NCBI GenBank assembly: GCA_044222185.1
Contig: JBGANV010000005.1
Location: 288,001-352,000, forward strand
Direction: 5' to 3'
DNA length: 64,000 nt
Origin: Planctomycetota bacterium
GTDB lineage: Bacteria; Planctomycetota; GCA-002687715; CAIWVZ01
Shown here: piece after piece, positions 36,534-49,900 of the stretch
Layout: each line of letters begins with the position of its first letter
How positions within the stretch are numbered: position 1 is the first letter of the stretch
Program-made: the position numbers and the translations under genes
The notes under the pieces: model-generated
Told to the model about the DNA's origin: nothing
Databases searched by the model: none
What the model saw: only the letters and a program-made list of their open reading frames with translations

Positions 36534-37796
36534 TCACTCGCCGTCCCGCGGCTTGCGCGGCGGCTTCGCTTCGTCCCCGCGGATCGGTGCTGACTTCTCG
36601 AGAGCCGGAGACGGGGCCTTCTTCGTCGGCCGAGGCTGCGGCGCATCGCCAGCCGGCGCCCGCGGAGTGGGAGCCGACGGCACCACGTACTTGGGATCAC
36701 GCGCGTCGCTCCGCCGGACGTCAGGTATGCGATCGCGCCGCTGCGCGGCATCGAGCTGCTTGCGCTCACGCGTCATCTGCTGCTCGGCGAGGTCGCGTCG
36801 CTGCTGGGCCGCGCGGCGGCGGGCCTCCGCGTCCGCCGGGTTGGCGAGCGGCGGATTCGGCGTGCGGAGATCCTCCTCCACCTGGAGGCGAGTCTGGCGG
36901 TGGCGATCTTCGAGCGCCTGGCGCTCGATTTCGTGACGCCGCGTCAGGTCCGAGTCCTGCCGGGCCGCATGCGGCGTCGGCGCTGCGTGCGGCGGTCGCC
37001 CCTCCGAAAGCACGGGACGATAGGCGCGGAGCTCGTCCGGTCCGCCTTCGCGCGCTGCATCGGGCGAATCCACGTCTCGAATCGAGGCACGCGGGAGGGT
37101 CCGGCCGAGGTCGCGCTCGAGCGCCGGTGCGGCGAAGCTTCGGTTCTCAGCATGGCGCCCCTTCGGCGCATAGTCGGTCACGTCCCGCGACGACTGGATC
37201 AGTTCGTGGTTCCGCCACGCAGGCAGAACGTGCGTGTCGACGTCCCGAACGGTCAGACCGTCCGAATCGACGAACGTCCACGCGAGCGGATCCCCAGGGT
37301 CGCCGCCCCGCAGCCCGTCGTGCGGATTCCAGTGCGACTGGGGCGGCAACGGCGCCCAGCCGACATGACGCGGTCCGCGCCGCCAACAGACCCAGGCCGG
37401 CGACCACACGGTGCCGGGCACCCAGATCCAGCCGTGATCGTCGTGCAGCCTCCACGTCCCGTAGTGGAACGGGGCCCAGCCCCACGGCCAATCGGAAACC
37501 CACGTCATGCCGTAATCCGTCCAGACCCAGTGTCCGTGCGTGTAAGGCCGCCAGCCGATGTGCACGCCGTACGGCGTCCAACACCAGCCATGGGGATCGA
37601 CGAAGACCCATTCGCCGTACGGGGCGAGAGGCTCGTAGAACACGCTCACGTCGGTGACCGCGAGCGTCGTGCCCGCACTCGACGACTCGGTGACCACGAC
37701 GTCGGTCTCTCGCACGACCGGCTCGGTGCGACACGCGAATGACCCCGCGAGGACGATCGACATCAGCACCACATGCATCGTCGAGAGTCGGTTCAT
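36534..37796 (-). CDS. DUF6600-like Trp/Pro-rich lipoprotein
   Basis: Lipobox-like LAGSFAC; LAPYGEW, WRPYTHGHWVWT, WGWAPFHYG, WSPAWV, VGWAPL; charged tail. Confidence 0.7.
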   Translation of the reverse strand: MNRLSTMHVVLMSIVLAGSFACRTEPVVRETDVVVTESSSAGTTLAVTDVSVFYEPLAPYGEWVFVDPHGWCWTPYGVHIGWRPYTHGHWVWTDYGMTWVSDWPWGWAPFHYGTWRLHDDHGWIWVPGTVWSPAWVCWRRGPRHVGWAPLPPQSHWNPHDGLRGGDPGDPLAWTFVDSDGLTVRDVDTHVLPAWRNHELIQSSRDVTDYAPKGRHAENRSFAAPALERDLGRTLPRASIRDVDSPDAAREGGPDELRAYRPVLSEGRPPHAAPTPHAARQDSDLTRRHEIERQALEDRHRQTRLQVEEDLRTPNPPLANPADAEARRRAAQQRRDLAEQQMTRERKQLDAAQRRDRIPDVRRSDARDPKYVVPSAPTPRAPAGDAPQPRPTKKAPSPALEKSAPIRGDEAKPPRKPRDGE

Positions 37797-37900
37797 GATG
37801 CACCTCCGCTTCGCACGGTGATCTTCCGATGAGGCATGACGTGGGGAACAGTGGCCGCTGTTCGCAGCACCGCCTGAACCGCGGCGAAACCCGCGGATCG

Positions 37901-40900
37901 TCAGCGTCCGCCGCGGCGCAAGTCCGCCGAACGCTCGAAGAAGCGCCAGTATGTCGCGAGGAGCGACGCGTCGGGCGGCGGGCAGCGGATTCCAAGACGC
38001 GAGAGTTCAGCCGTCGTCCGAGGACAGGTGACCACGGGTGCATCGGCCGTCGCGTCGCCACCGTCCGCCTCCTCGAGCACGGCGAGAACGGAGTGGAGGT
38101 CGCTCGCTTCGTCCGCGGCCGCGCGCTCGCGCAGCCGTCGCCGCCAGACGTCGAGCGGGACCGCTCGAAGCACGACGCCCATCGCCGCCAGCTCCGCGAC
38201 GATCGCATTCGTCGAGACGGTGGCCGGGTTCATCAGGTGCCAGGGCCCGGACGAACCCGAACCCTCGCCGGCGATCCGCACGATGGCTTTGGCGACGAAG
38301 TCCACGGGCGTGAGATCCACGTCTGCCGGCACCTCGGGAGTGCACCCGAGCTCGACGCAAGCCGCGAACAGTCGATTGACGAAGTCCTCGCGGTTGCATG
38401 CGCCGGTGCGCGAACTTCCCGTGAGCCGCCCCACGCGGTGGATGGTCACGGGGAGGCCGCGCATCCCGGCCGCGCGCACCAGTTCCTCGGCGACCCACTT
38501 GGACTGCGCGTAGCTGCCGGTGACGTCGACGGCGTCCGACAGGGTTGCACCTTCGTCGACCCGGGTGCCTCGACGTGACGGGCAGTCGAAGACGCCGATG
38601 GACGAGACGTGGTGGAGCGGCTTCGCGCGGACGCGCGATGCAAACCGGAGAACCTCGATCGTGCCGCCGACGTTGGTCGGGGCGAGGACGGCGTACGGCG
38701 CGGCGAAGCTCGTGGAACCGCCCGCATGGATGATGGCGTCGCAGTCGGTCGAAAGGCGCTCGTGATGACGTTCATCCAACCCGAAGCGCGGCTCGTCGAG
38801 GCGTCCCACGACGACGTCCACCCGCTCCTCCAGGCCGCTGCAATCCAGCGCGAACCGCGCGAAGGCGGCGTGGAGGCGCGCGAGCCCATCGGCCTGCGAC
38901 GCCGCACGCACGAGACACGCGACACGCGCCGTCGTCGCTTCGAGCAGTTCGCGCAGCACGAATGCACCGAGGAAGCCCGTCGCGCCGGTGACGAACGGGA
39001 ACATGAGGCGAGGTCCGGCGTCAGTCCTCGGCGGCGCCGCCACGACGTCGTCCGGCAACACGACCGCGGCACGGAGGTCGACGCCGGGCGTCGGCGCGAC
39101 CGGCGTTCCGGTCACGCCACGCTCCAACAGCGAGGCGAGCCCCGAGACCGTCGGGTGATCGAACAGCTGGCGCAGGAGCACACGCGAACCCGTCGCTTCG
39201 CGGAGCGCTGCCACCACCCGAAGGGCTGCCAGCGAATGGCCTCCCAGCGAGAAGAAACTCTCGTGCCGCGCCGGCAACGCGCACCCCAGCGCCCGTGAGA
39301 ACGCCCGCGCCACGGTCCGCTCGACTTCGCTGAGCGAACCGTCGTCGTGCGTCGATCGCGAGAGTGCCGACGGGGCACGCGCCAACGCCCTCCGGTCGAT
39401 CTTGCCGGTGACCGTGATCGGAAAGGCGTCCAACACGAGGACCTCCGCGGGGACGGACGCGGCTGGAAGCTGCGCCGACAGTCGCCCGCGGATTCCGTCC
39501 GGCGTCGCCGGAACGCCCTCGCGCACGATGCAGCAGGCGCGCAAGGACACCTCGCGCTCCGCCGAAGCCACGGCGACCACGACCGCGTCCGCGATCGACG
39601 GATCCGTTCGCAGGAGCGCCTCGACCTCGCGCGGCTCCACGCGGTGACCACGGATCTTCACCTGGTCGTCGATGCGCCCGAGCCATTCCAGTTGGCCGTC
39701 GGGTCGCCAGCGCACGCGATCCCCCGTCTCGTACGCACGCGCGCCCGGCTCGCCGATGAAGGTGTCCGCAACGAATGACGTGGCCGTCGCGGCGGGGTCG
39801 TTCCAGTAGCCGCGCGCCACGCCGCGGCCGCCCAGATACAACTCGCCGACGGCGCCGACCGGTGCGGGTGATCCCACGTCATCCAACACCCAGGCGCGGA
39901 CGCCGGGGAGAGGCCGCCCGATGGGGATGGCGTCGTCCGGGACGTGCGGGCCGGCCGTCAGGTCGGAGAGCGTCGCCACGATCGTGCCCTCCGTGGGCCC
40001 GTACGTGTTGACGAGGCGCACGCGACTCCCGACGACGTCACGCCAGGCGCGGACGGCCTGCGGCGATGCCGCCTCGCCCCCGAGGATCACGAGGCGCACG
40101 GAATCGGGCACCGAGCAGTCCCCCAATGGCAGCGCGCGGACAAGCTCGTGCCAGTACGACGTGGGAAGGTCGAGCACGGTGATCCTCTCGGCCGCCACGC
40201 GAATCCAGAACTCGCACGGGTCGAGCGGCCATCCGTCGTCGCGGATCACGAGCGTCGCGCCGGCCACGAGCGTGCACCAGATCTCCTCGGCACTCGCATC
40301 GAACCCGGTGGACGCGAACTGGAGGACTCGGTCGCCGCCCTCCAACGCGAACGAGGCGCGCGCGGTCGCCACGTAGGAAGCGAGGCCGGCGTGCGTCAGC
40401 TCGACGCCCTTGGGTTCGCCCGTAGTCCCGGACGTGAAGTAGATGCACGCCGGTTCCGTGAGCCCGTCGGTTGCGCGGGGCACCGCTCGCACGACCGATG
40501 CGCCCGGGGGTGCATCCAGGTACGCCACGCGGAACTCGCCGCCGATCGCCCCGCGCGACGCCCTGGGCGCGAGGATCAACGCCGGCGCAAGACGCGCCAG
40601 CAAGACCTGCTGCCGCGCGAGCGGCCAGCTGGGATCGAGCGGGACCGCGACGCGTCCGACTTGCCAGACGGCCAGCATCGCCGCCGCGAAGTCGGCCGAC
40701 CGGCCCAGCGTCACCGCGACGGGTCCAGGCTCGGGCGACGCGACCTCGATCAGCCTCGTGATCTCGTCGACGCGGGCGAGGAACGCGCGTCCGCTCGTTC
40801 GCGAACCGCGATCCTCGACGATCGTCGCGTCGGGGGCCCGCGAGCACCGGCGCATCACGGCGGTCACGAGGTTCTCCCCCGGCAGAGCCGGCCCTCCGTC

Positions 40901-43900
40901 GGCGAGCGCACGCCACCGAGAAAGCCCATCGCCCGTCAACACCCCGATCGAGCCCACGCGGCGGGCTGGATCCGCGGCGAATGCCCGCAGGACCTCCTCC
41001 ACCTGCTCCAGCACGCCGTCCCCGATGCGCCCATCGACCCTGGCCGGATCGAACTGGACGCGGAGCTCCCACGCCTCGCCCGGGACGGCGACGAACGTGA
41101 CCGGATAGCTCGTCTGCTCCCGCGCGATCGTTCGCAGGACCGAGATCCCCTCCGGCGTCGTGCCGGCGGCGCGATCGATGGGGTAGTTCTCGATCACGAC
41201 GAGGCTGTCGAAGGGAGCCCGACCGAGCGGCATGCCAGCCGCTCGCTGGACGTCGCTCATCGGCGTCCAATCGAAGGGTCCAGCCTCCACCTGCTCGTCG
41301 TGGACCGCGCGGATCCAGGAGCCCGCGGGCTCGTCGGCATCGATCCGGACTCGGACGAGCCGCGTGTTGATGAACAACCCGACGCGTTCGTCGAAACCCT
41401 CCACCTCCGGGCTGCGTCCGGAGACGGTGGCGCCGAAGAGCACGTCACGACATCCCGTCCAGGCGGCGAGGACGCGCGCCCATGCCGCCAGGACGACGGA
41501 TGCAGGCGTCGCACGGACCTCCTGCGCGAGCCGCTCGAGCGATCGCGTGGCGTCTCGGTCCAGCCGCATCGTGCGCTCGACGACTCCGCGCGACGCATCC
41601 GCGGGCGCTCCGGCGGGAAGTCGCGGCGGAGGCTCGAATCCGTCGAAGCGCGAACGCCAGAAATCGTGGGCGCGGGCCGAGTCCTGGCGTCCGAGCCAGG
41701 CGATGTAATCACGCACCCGACGCATCGGCGTCGGTCGTGGCGCGCGCGCGAGGCGTCGCCCGTCGTACGTGCGGACGACGTCACGAAGGAGAATCGGCAT
41801 CGACCACCCGTCCAGGATGAGGTGATGCCAGGTGAACACGAGCACGTGCCGGACCTCGCTCGAACGGATCAGCGCGCACCGCAAGAGGGGCGCGCCGTCG
41901 AGCACGAAGCCACGCCGCCGGTCCTCCTCGAGGAAGGCGTCGAGCCGGCTCTCCCAATGGGCCTCCCCCCGCCAATCGAGCTCCACCCACGGGACGTCGG
42001 GCGTCCGGCGGATCAGAAGGCGCGGCTCGGCGAGGCCGTCCGCGATGACGGAGGCGCGCAACATCTCGTGCAAGGACGCCACGTGTTCGAAGCTCGCTCG
42101 GAACGCACCGGCGTCGAGCGGTCCCTCGAGCACGCTCGCGAGCTGTTGGAAGTAGGCGCGGGACTCGGGCTCGAGGAGCGCGTGGAAGTACATGCCCTGC
42201 TGCGTCGACGTGAGGGGCAGCACGTCGGTCAGATCCGGCGCCCTTTCACACACGACGCGCAGCTCGTCCTCGGTGAGTCGGGCCAGCGTGAAATCCGCGG
42301 GCACGAGACAGTCCTTCGGCCGAGTGGCCGCAACCTCGGCGAGCTCGCGCAGGCTCGCGAGCACGTGCTCGCGGAACGCGACCATCGACGAAGGGTCGGA
42401 GACGCCGCAATCGAGGCGCAGCTCGCGAGCCGTACGCCAGACGTTCACTTCCAGCGGATGCGTCGGCCGGTTCGTTGGCCCGCGTGCGACCCGCCCCAGG
42501 TCCAACCCGACGAGCGAAAGCTCCTTCACGTCGCCGGCGGGCGGCGCGACCTCGCCCAGGTCGTTGAAGAGGATTCTCGCCGGCGCGCCGGCGAGCACAC
42601 CGGTCGACGCCAACCCGCGACCGGCACCGCGCGCCGCCCGCAAGGCCGATTTCACCGCGCGCAGCGCCGCGCTTGCGGACGATACACCCGTCACCGAGAT
42701 GCGGTGCACGTCCGTGAGCCAGCCGACGACGTGCGAGAGATCCAGCCCCGTGCCTTCGCGTCCATGGTGCTCGACGTCGACGCTCACCGTCGACGTCGGG
42801 TCGGCGGACGCAAGCGCGTGAACGACGGCCGCGAGGATGACTTCCTCGATCGACGCGTGCGACGCCGCCCGGCCCGCACCTCGCAGCACGGATGCGACGT
42901 CAGCCGGGACGTCGATGCGCACGGGAATCGCGCGCGGCAGATCCAGCACGCGTGACGCGGGGGCGACGGCCGTCGAGGGCTCCGCCCGTTCCGCGAGGCG
43001 CCGCGCATGCTCGGCGTGGGTCGCCGGCCCGCCGGCGTCGAGGGCTCGGATGTCCGGAGATTCGCCACGGACGTCGGTCACGAGCTCGTCGAGGAGGAGT
43101 CTCCAGGAGACACCGTCGACGACCAGGTGATGAGCGATGCAGACGAGTCCGCACATCCGGAGGTCGACGGCGCGGAACCAGATCGCGTGGAGGAGCGGGC
43201 CGTTCTCCACGTCGAGCGACGCGTGGGCCGCATCGACCGCAGTCTGCACGACCCCGACGACGGATTCGACGCCACCCTGAAGCGACCCCAGGTCGCTCCA
43301 CGCGGGCGCGTCGCGATCGACGAACGATTGCGTGACCTCGCCTCCCCGTCGTCGGAAGCGCGCCCGAAGCTGCGGATGCCGTTGAACCAATCGACCGAGC
43401 GCATCGCGCCATCGCCCCGAGCGTGAATCGAACGGCACCTCGAGTCCGACGACCTGGTTCCATTGGTTCGGCTCCGCGAAGCCTTGCGCGAAGAACCAGC
43501 GTTGTATGGGAGTCAGGGGAACGTTCTCGCCGGGGCGTACGTCACGGATTTTCGGCGATGGTGTCTCCTCGCGGGCTGCGAGGGACAGACGAGCGAGTCC
43601 GGCGACGGTCGGATGCTCGAACACGTCGCGCGTCCCCAGAGCGATCCCCTCCGCCCGCGCTCGGCTCACGATGCGTAGACTCGAGATGGAGTCCGCACCG
43701 ATCGCGAACAAATCGTCCGTCACGCCCACGCGTGCGCGACCGAGGACCGCGCCCACGATCCGCGCGAGCTGCGCCTCGCGCGGTGTGCGGGGCTCGACGC
43801 CGTCTCCGACGACGCCGCCCGCGAGATCCATCGACGTCTCGCGCTCGATCCGTGCTCGATCCACCTTGCCGTGAGCCGTGAGCGGCAGCGTATCCACGTG

Positions 43901-46900
43901 CACCACTCGCCGCGGCAGCGCCACGGGCGGCAGCAGGCGCCGCAACCGATCCTGGATCGCCGCGGCATCGAGCCCATCTCCCCGCGTGACCCACGCGACG
44001 AGCTGCGCCTCGCCGTTCGGCGGCCGCGCGACGGCCACCGCGCACCCGCTGGCGCCCGTGGCGTCGCGAATCGCCGCCTCCACCTCGCCCAGCTCGATGC
44101 GATGTCCGCGGAGCTTCACTTGCTCGTCGCGACGTCCGAGAAACAGGAGCGAGCCATCGCGCCGCCAACGACAGACGTCGCCGGTGCGATACAGCCGTGC
44201 GTCTCTCGCCGTGGTGAACGGATCCGGCACGAAGCGGTCGGCCTCCGACGGCTGCGCGTGCAAGTAGCCCTCGGACAGCCCCGCGCCGCCGATCCACAAC
44301 TCGCCCGCGACCCCCATCGGCGCGAGGTGGCGGTCGTCGTCCAGCACCCAGGCGCTCACGCCTCGCATGGGGCGCCCGATCGGCACCGTGCCATCCGGTG
44401 CACAGTCCCCCCGCGAGACCTCGTGCGCGAGGCATCCGACCACGGCCTCCGTCGGGCCGTACTCGTTGAAGACCCGCGCGCCCGTCGCGTCCATCCACGA
44501 GATCGCGGAGGCGTGGGGCAGGGCTTCGCCGCCCACGACGAGCACGCGGGTCCAGTGGCGGCAGTCCTCGATTCCACGGATCGCCGCGAGCGCGTCCAGG
44601 TGGGACGGGGTGAGCTTCACGAACGACAGGTCGCGGTGACGACGCATGGAAACGATCAGCGGCTCGATCCCCTCGCCGTCGACGACGAACACGGTCCTGC
44701 CGCAGACGAGAGGTACGAAGAGACTCGTGATCGTGAGGTCGAAGCCCAGGGATGTCACGAGGGGCGCGCCCACCCCGTCCGCGCCGCCATAGAGGCGCGA
44801 GGCGTTCTCGACGTAACGAAGCAACCCGCGGTGGCCGACGACGACGCCCTTCGGCCGACCGGTCGACCCGGACGTGAACATCACGTAGGCCGCGTCGTCC
44901 GGCGCCACGGCCGGGAGCGGAGCGCCGAGGTCGGTGATCGGTTCGCCCACGCCGTGGACGCCTGCGAATGCTCCCAAGGCGAACTCGGCGCAGGTCGCGG
45001 GATCCGAGCCGATGACTGCCCTGGGCCCACTCGCGTTCGCGATGCGCGACCGCCGCTCCTGCGGATAGGAAGGGTCGAGAGGCACGAACGCAGCGCCGGC
45101 GCGCATCGCGGCGAGCACGGCAATGACACATTCGACCGACCGCGGCAGGTCGACCAGCACGCGATCGCCGCGGCAGACGCCGGCCTCGCCCAATCGACGC
45201 GCCAGTGCGCCCGAGCGTCGCCACAGTTCGTCGAACGTGACGTCACCCTGCGAAGACGAGATGGCTACCGCGCTCGCGCGTGACGCGCAGACGCGTCCGA
45301 TCACGTCCAGGATCGTCTCCGAGGAAACCGGCGCTTCCTCGCCTCGCGAGAACCCCACGAGTCGCCGTTGCTCATCAGCGCCCACGTGGCACGCGTCCTC
45401 CACGGCACGGTCCGGCGCCGCGAGCGCGGCCTCGATGAAGTGCACCCAGCGTGCCTGCCATGCGTGGATCGTGTCGTCGTCGAACAGGTCGGCGTTGAAG
45501 ACCCAGGTCGACGTCCCGGCGGCGTCGTCGGCGACGAACACGGTCAGATCGAATCGGGCGGGAACACGACCCGGCGACAGGACGCACACCTCGCATCCCT
45601 CGATGGTGAGCGCCCCGAGCGGCGCGGCCCATGCTTCGAACGCGACCTGGAAGATGGGCGTGCGAGTCAAATCGCGGGGCGGCTCGATCGCACGCACGAT
45701 GCGATCGAACGGCACGTTCCGATGATCGATCGCGAAGGCCAGCACGCGCATCGCCTCGCTCACGAGGTCGCGGAACGACCGGTCCGGCGCCGGCCGCAGG
45801 CGAAGCGGCAGCGTGTCGACGCAGAAGCCGACGAGGTCATCGTCATCGCCTGGCCGCCGGCTCGAAACGGACGTGCCCAGCACGAGATCGTCGACGCCGG
45901 CCGCCCGCCCCATGACGACCGCGAACGCGGCGAGGCCCAATGCGAACGGCGTCGCGCCGAGCTCGGCGGCGACCTCTTGCAACCGGGCCGCGACCACGGC
46001 TCCCAGCGCGACGCGGATCTCGCGCCCACGATCCGTCTGGAACGCCGGGCGCCGACGATCGAGGGGCAGATCGAGTTGCAACGGAGCACCGGCGAGTTCT
46101 CCGACCCACGGCGCGGGGTCGGCATCATCCGCGCCCATCGCGTGCCGCGCGAAGCTCGCGAACGATGGTGCGGGAGGCAAGTTTGGCACCTGCTTCGCGC
46201 GCATCGCCGCCGTGAGCGCGGCCAGCTCGCGCGCGAGCACGCCGATGGAGGTGCCGTCCGTGACGAGGTGATGCTGCGTCACGACGACCACGTGGTCATC
46301 CGCCGCGATGCGGAGGCACACGACCCGCAGCAGAGGTCCGGACTGCAGGTCGAATGGCCGCGACGCCTCGGCGGCGATCTCGTGGTCGAGCTGCGTCGGA
46401 TCGATCGCGGCCTCGCGCCACGAGCAACTTTCGCTGGCGTCGATCCGAGCTGCGAATTCGCCGTCGCGAGCCTCCACCCGGAGACGCAGGGCATCGTGGC
46501 GCACGACGAGAGCATCCCACGCACCATGCAGGATCGAGGTGTCCAGAACGCCGCGCACGCGGACGACCGACTGGACGCCATAGGTCGTCGAGCCCGGGTG
46601 CAGCCGGTCCAGGAACACGAGCCTGCGTTGCGCCGCGGTGAGGGGCACGATCGCCAGGTCCCCGCCCGACCCATCGGCGGCACGCGGCGTCGGCGTGCGA
46701 TCGCGCAGGCCTTCGATCAGCCGGGCCAACGCGCCGACGGTGGGCGCGGCGAAGAACGATCGCATGGGCAGATCGACACCGAATCGTTCGCGCGCGAGGT
46801 ACTTGATGCGGGTCGCGCCCAGCGAATGGCCTCCCAGCCGGAAGAAGTCGGCGTCGCGAGCGACGACCGCGTCTTTCGGGAGCACGGACTTCCACCAGCC

Positions 46901-49900
46901 GGCGAGCGTGGACTCCAACTCTCCGATCGGCGCCTCCGTCGCGAATGCGCCGGCTGCGGGCGGCGGCGGAAGTCTCGCCACGTCGACCTTGCCGCTCGAG
47001 GTCAGCGGAATGGACGCCATGAAGACGATCCGCCCGGGCACCATCACCGGAGGCAGCGAGGCCGTCAGCCACCGGAGGATCTCGTCTTCGCGGACGGCGG
47101 AGTCGTCGCCGTCCCTGGAGACGACCCACGCCAAGAGTCGCGGGTCCTCGCCCGCAAGAAGCCCGGCGACGGCGTCCGCGACCTGCGGATGCGCACGCAG
47201 CGACGCCTCGATCTCGGCGGGCTCGATCCGGTGACCGCGCAACTTCACCTGGCGGTCCATGCGTCCGAAGAAATCCAACGAGCCGTCGCTTCGCCACGCG
47301 ACGCGGTCGCCCGTGCGGAAGAACCGCACGCGATCGCCTTCTGCGGCCGTGCGGTCGACGGTGAACTTGCGCGACGTGAGTTCGGCGAGCCCGCGGTAGC
47401 CGGCAGCGACCTGCGGACCACCGATCCAGAGCTCGCCGGGAACACCGATCGGGGCCCGGCGCCCCGCCTCATCCATCACCCGAACGGTGGTGCCGGCCAG
47501 GGGACGGCCGATCGACACGACGGCGGGCGCGTCGGGCCGCAGGTCGGATTCCGTCACGCGGTGGATCGTCGACCAGATCGTCGCTTCGGTCGGGCCGTAG
47601 AGATTCCACGAACTCCGGCTGCGCACGACCAACTCCCGCGCCAGATCCTTCTGCAGCGCTTCTCCGCCGCACAGCGCCGTCAGGCTGCGATCGCCGCTCC
47701 ACCCTGCGAGCAACAGCGAGCGCCACGTGGACGGAGTCGCCTGCATGACGTCGATGCGATCCTGCTCGATCCGCCGGCGCAGGCGCGTTCCGTCGCGGGC
47801 GTCCTCGCGCGAGGCGATCACGACGGTCCCGCCTCCGAGGAGCGGTCCGAGCAGATCCAGCACCGCGATGTCGAACGTGGGATTCGTCGTCGCGAGCCAG
47901 CGTCCGCCCCGTGGACAACCGCTCACCTCCGCCATGGCGTCGAAGAAGGCGCGCACGCTGCCGTGAGTGACGACGACAGCCTTCGGCCGGCCCGTCGATC
48001 CCGAGGTGTAGATCAAATAGGCGGCGTCGGACGCGGCGTGCGAAAGGGCTGGGAGCGGGCGATCGGGCGCGGACAGGCGTTCACCCGGCCCGATCACGAT
48101 CGGCCTTCGAGACGTCAGGGATTCTTGGCCCGCGCGCCCCGCCGTCGTGATGACGACGGTGATCGCCGAATCGCGCAGCACGTGAGCCAGCCGCTCCTCC
48201 GGCCACTGCGGATCGAGCGGGACCCACGCCGCGTGAGCCCGATGGATCGCCAGGAACGCGGCGACGAGGTCCGGGCACGGCTCGAGAAGGACGCCCACGG
48301 ATTCCCCGCGGGCGACGGAGTGCGCCAACAACGCCGCAGTGAGGGCGTCGGCACGACGATCGAGGGTTGCGTGGTCGATCTTCGCCCCGTCGAACTCGAC
48401 CGCGACTCGATCGGGAGACTCGCGCAATGCGCGCGCGAGCCGCAACGGCAGGAATTCCCCCGACGCAACGCCGCAGGGAGTGGGCCGGGAGAAGCGCGCG
48501 AGCTCCGCCGCTTCGGCCTCGTCCGTCGACGGCAAGTCCGAAAGGCGCACGTCGCAATCCGCGAGCGCACGTTCCAGCATGGCGTCGAAGCGCCGCAGGA
48601 ATCGATCCAGATCCTCGCGGCAGAACGCCCGCGACGCCTCGACCGCAAGCTCGAGCCCCTCCTCGCGCGCCGTGATCTCGAACACGAGATCGAACGCGCT
48701 GCCCGCCGGGATGCGTCGCGCCTCGACGACGAGGCCGTCCACGGATCGCGACGGCGGCGCGAAGTCCACGTAGTTGAGCATCACCTGAACGAGGGGATGC
48801 CGGTCGACGGCGCGCTCGGGCGAGAGCGCCTCGATCAGAAGCTCGAACGGAAGCTCCTGGTGATCGAAGGCGTCGCGGACGATCGATGCGGAACAGGCGA
48901 GGTGCTCCGAGAATCGCAACGACGGATCGACCGTCGCGCGCAAGACGACGACGTTCAACAGCGCTCCGACGGTGCGCGACGTCCCGTCGGCCAATCGACC
49001 GGAGACGGGCGTTCCGATGGCTACGTCGGCGACACCCACGTGACCGTGGATCCAGTGCTGCAGGACGGCATATACGACCGTGAACGGACTGGCTCTGGCG
49101 GCCTTCGCCGCTTCGCGAAGGCGCGCGGGCGTCACGCGCGAGATGCGCTCGGAGCGGGTCGCCGAGCCCTCCGGCGCCGTCGGTTTCGCGCGAATCGACA
49201 GCTTCACGAGGTCGAGGGGCTGGAGACCGTCGAGCCGCGCCTTCCACCATGAGAGCGCTGCGGCGAATCCTCCGCCAGCCGCGTGGGCACGCTCCGCGAC
49301 GGCGAGGGCCCGAGCCGTCATCGCGGGAGGATGGGCGATCGTGTCGCCCCGGCTCGCGTAGGCGTCCCACATCTCGTCGAACGTGATGCGGAGCGAAAGC
49401 CCGTCGATGACCGCGTGGTGCGCAACGCAGACGAGTTCATGTCGCTGCGGGTCCGAGCGGAGGAGGAGGAACCGGAGCAGTGGTGCTTTCGCCAGATCGA
49501 AGCCGCGCGCGATCATCTCGTCGACGAGCTGCCGCCGCCGGCGCACGCGCTCGTCCTCCGAGCCGGCGAGCGTCACGGTCTGGAGGTCGACGTCGACGGA
49601 TGCCTCCACGACCTGTCGCAGGACGCCTCCCTCGAACGACAACGACGTTCGAAGGGCCTCGTGGCGCGCGACGACGCCCCGAAGCGCGACCACGAGCCGA
49701 TCCACTTCGAGCGGGCCGCGGATGGTGGTCGTCACGGCGAGCACGTGCGCCGGGTTGCGTGGCTCGATCTGCTCGAGGAGCCAGAAGCGCTCCTGCGCGA
49801 ACGATGGCGGCTGGGCGGCGTCCGGTGCCGCAGTCGCGCGCTCGTGCAACCGCCGCGCGAGGACCGCGCGCTGCGCCGGGGTCAGGTTCGCGATGCGGCG

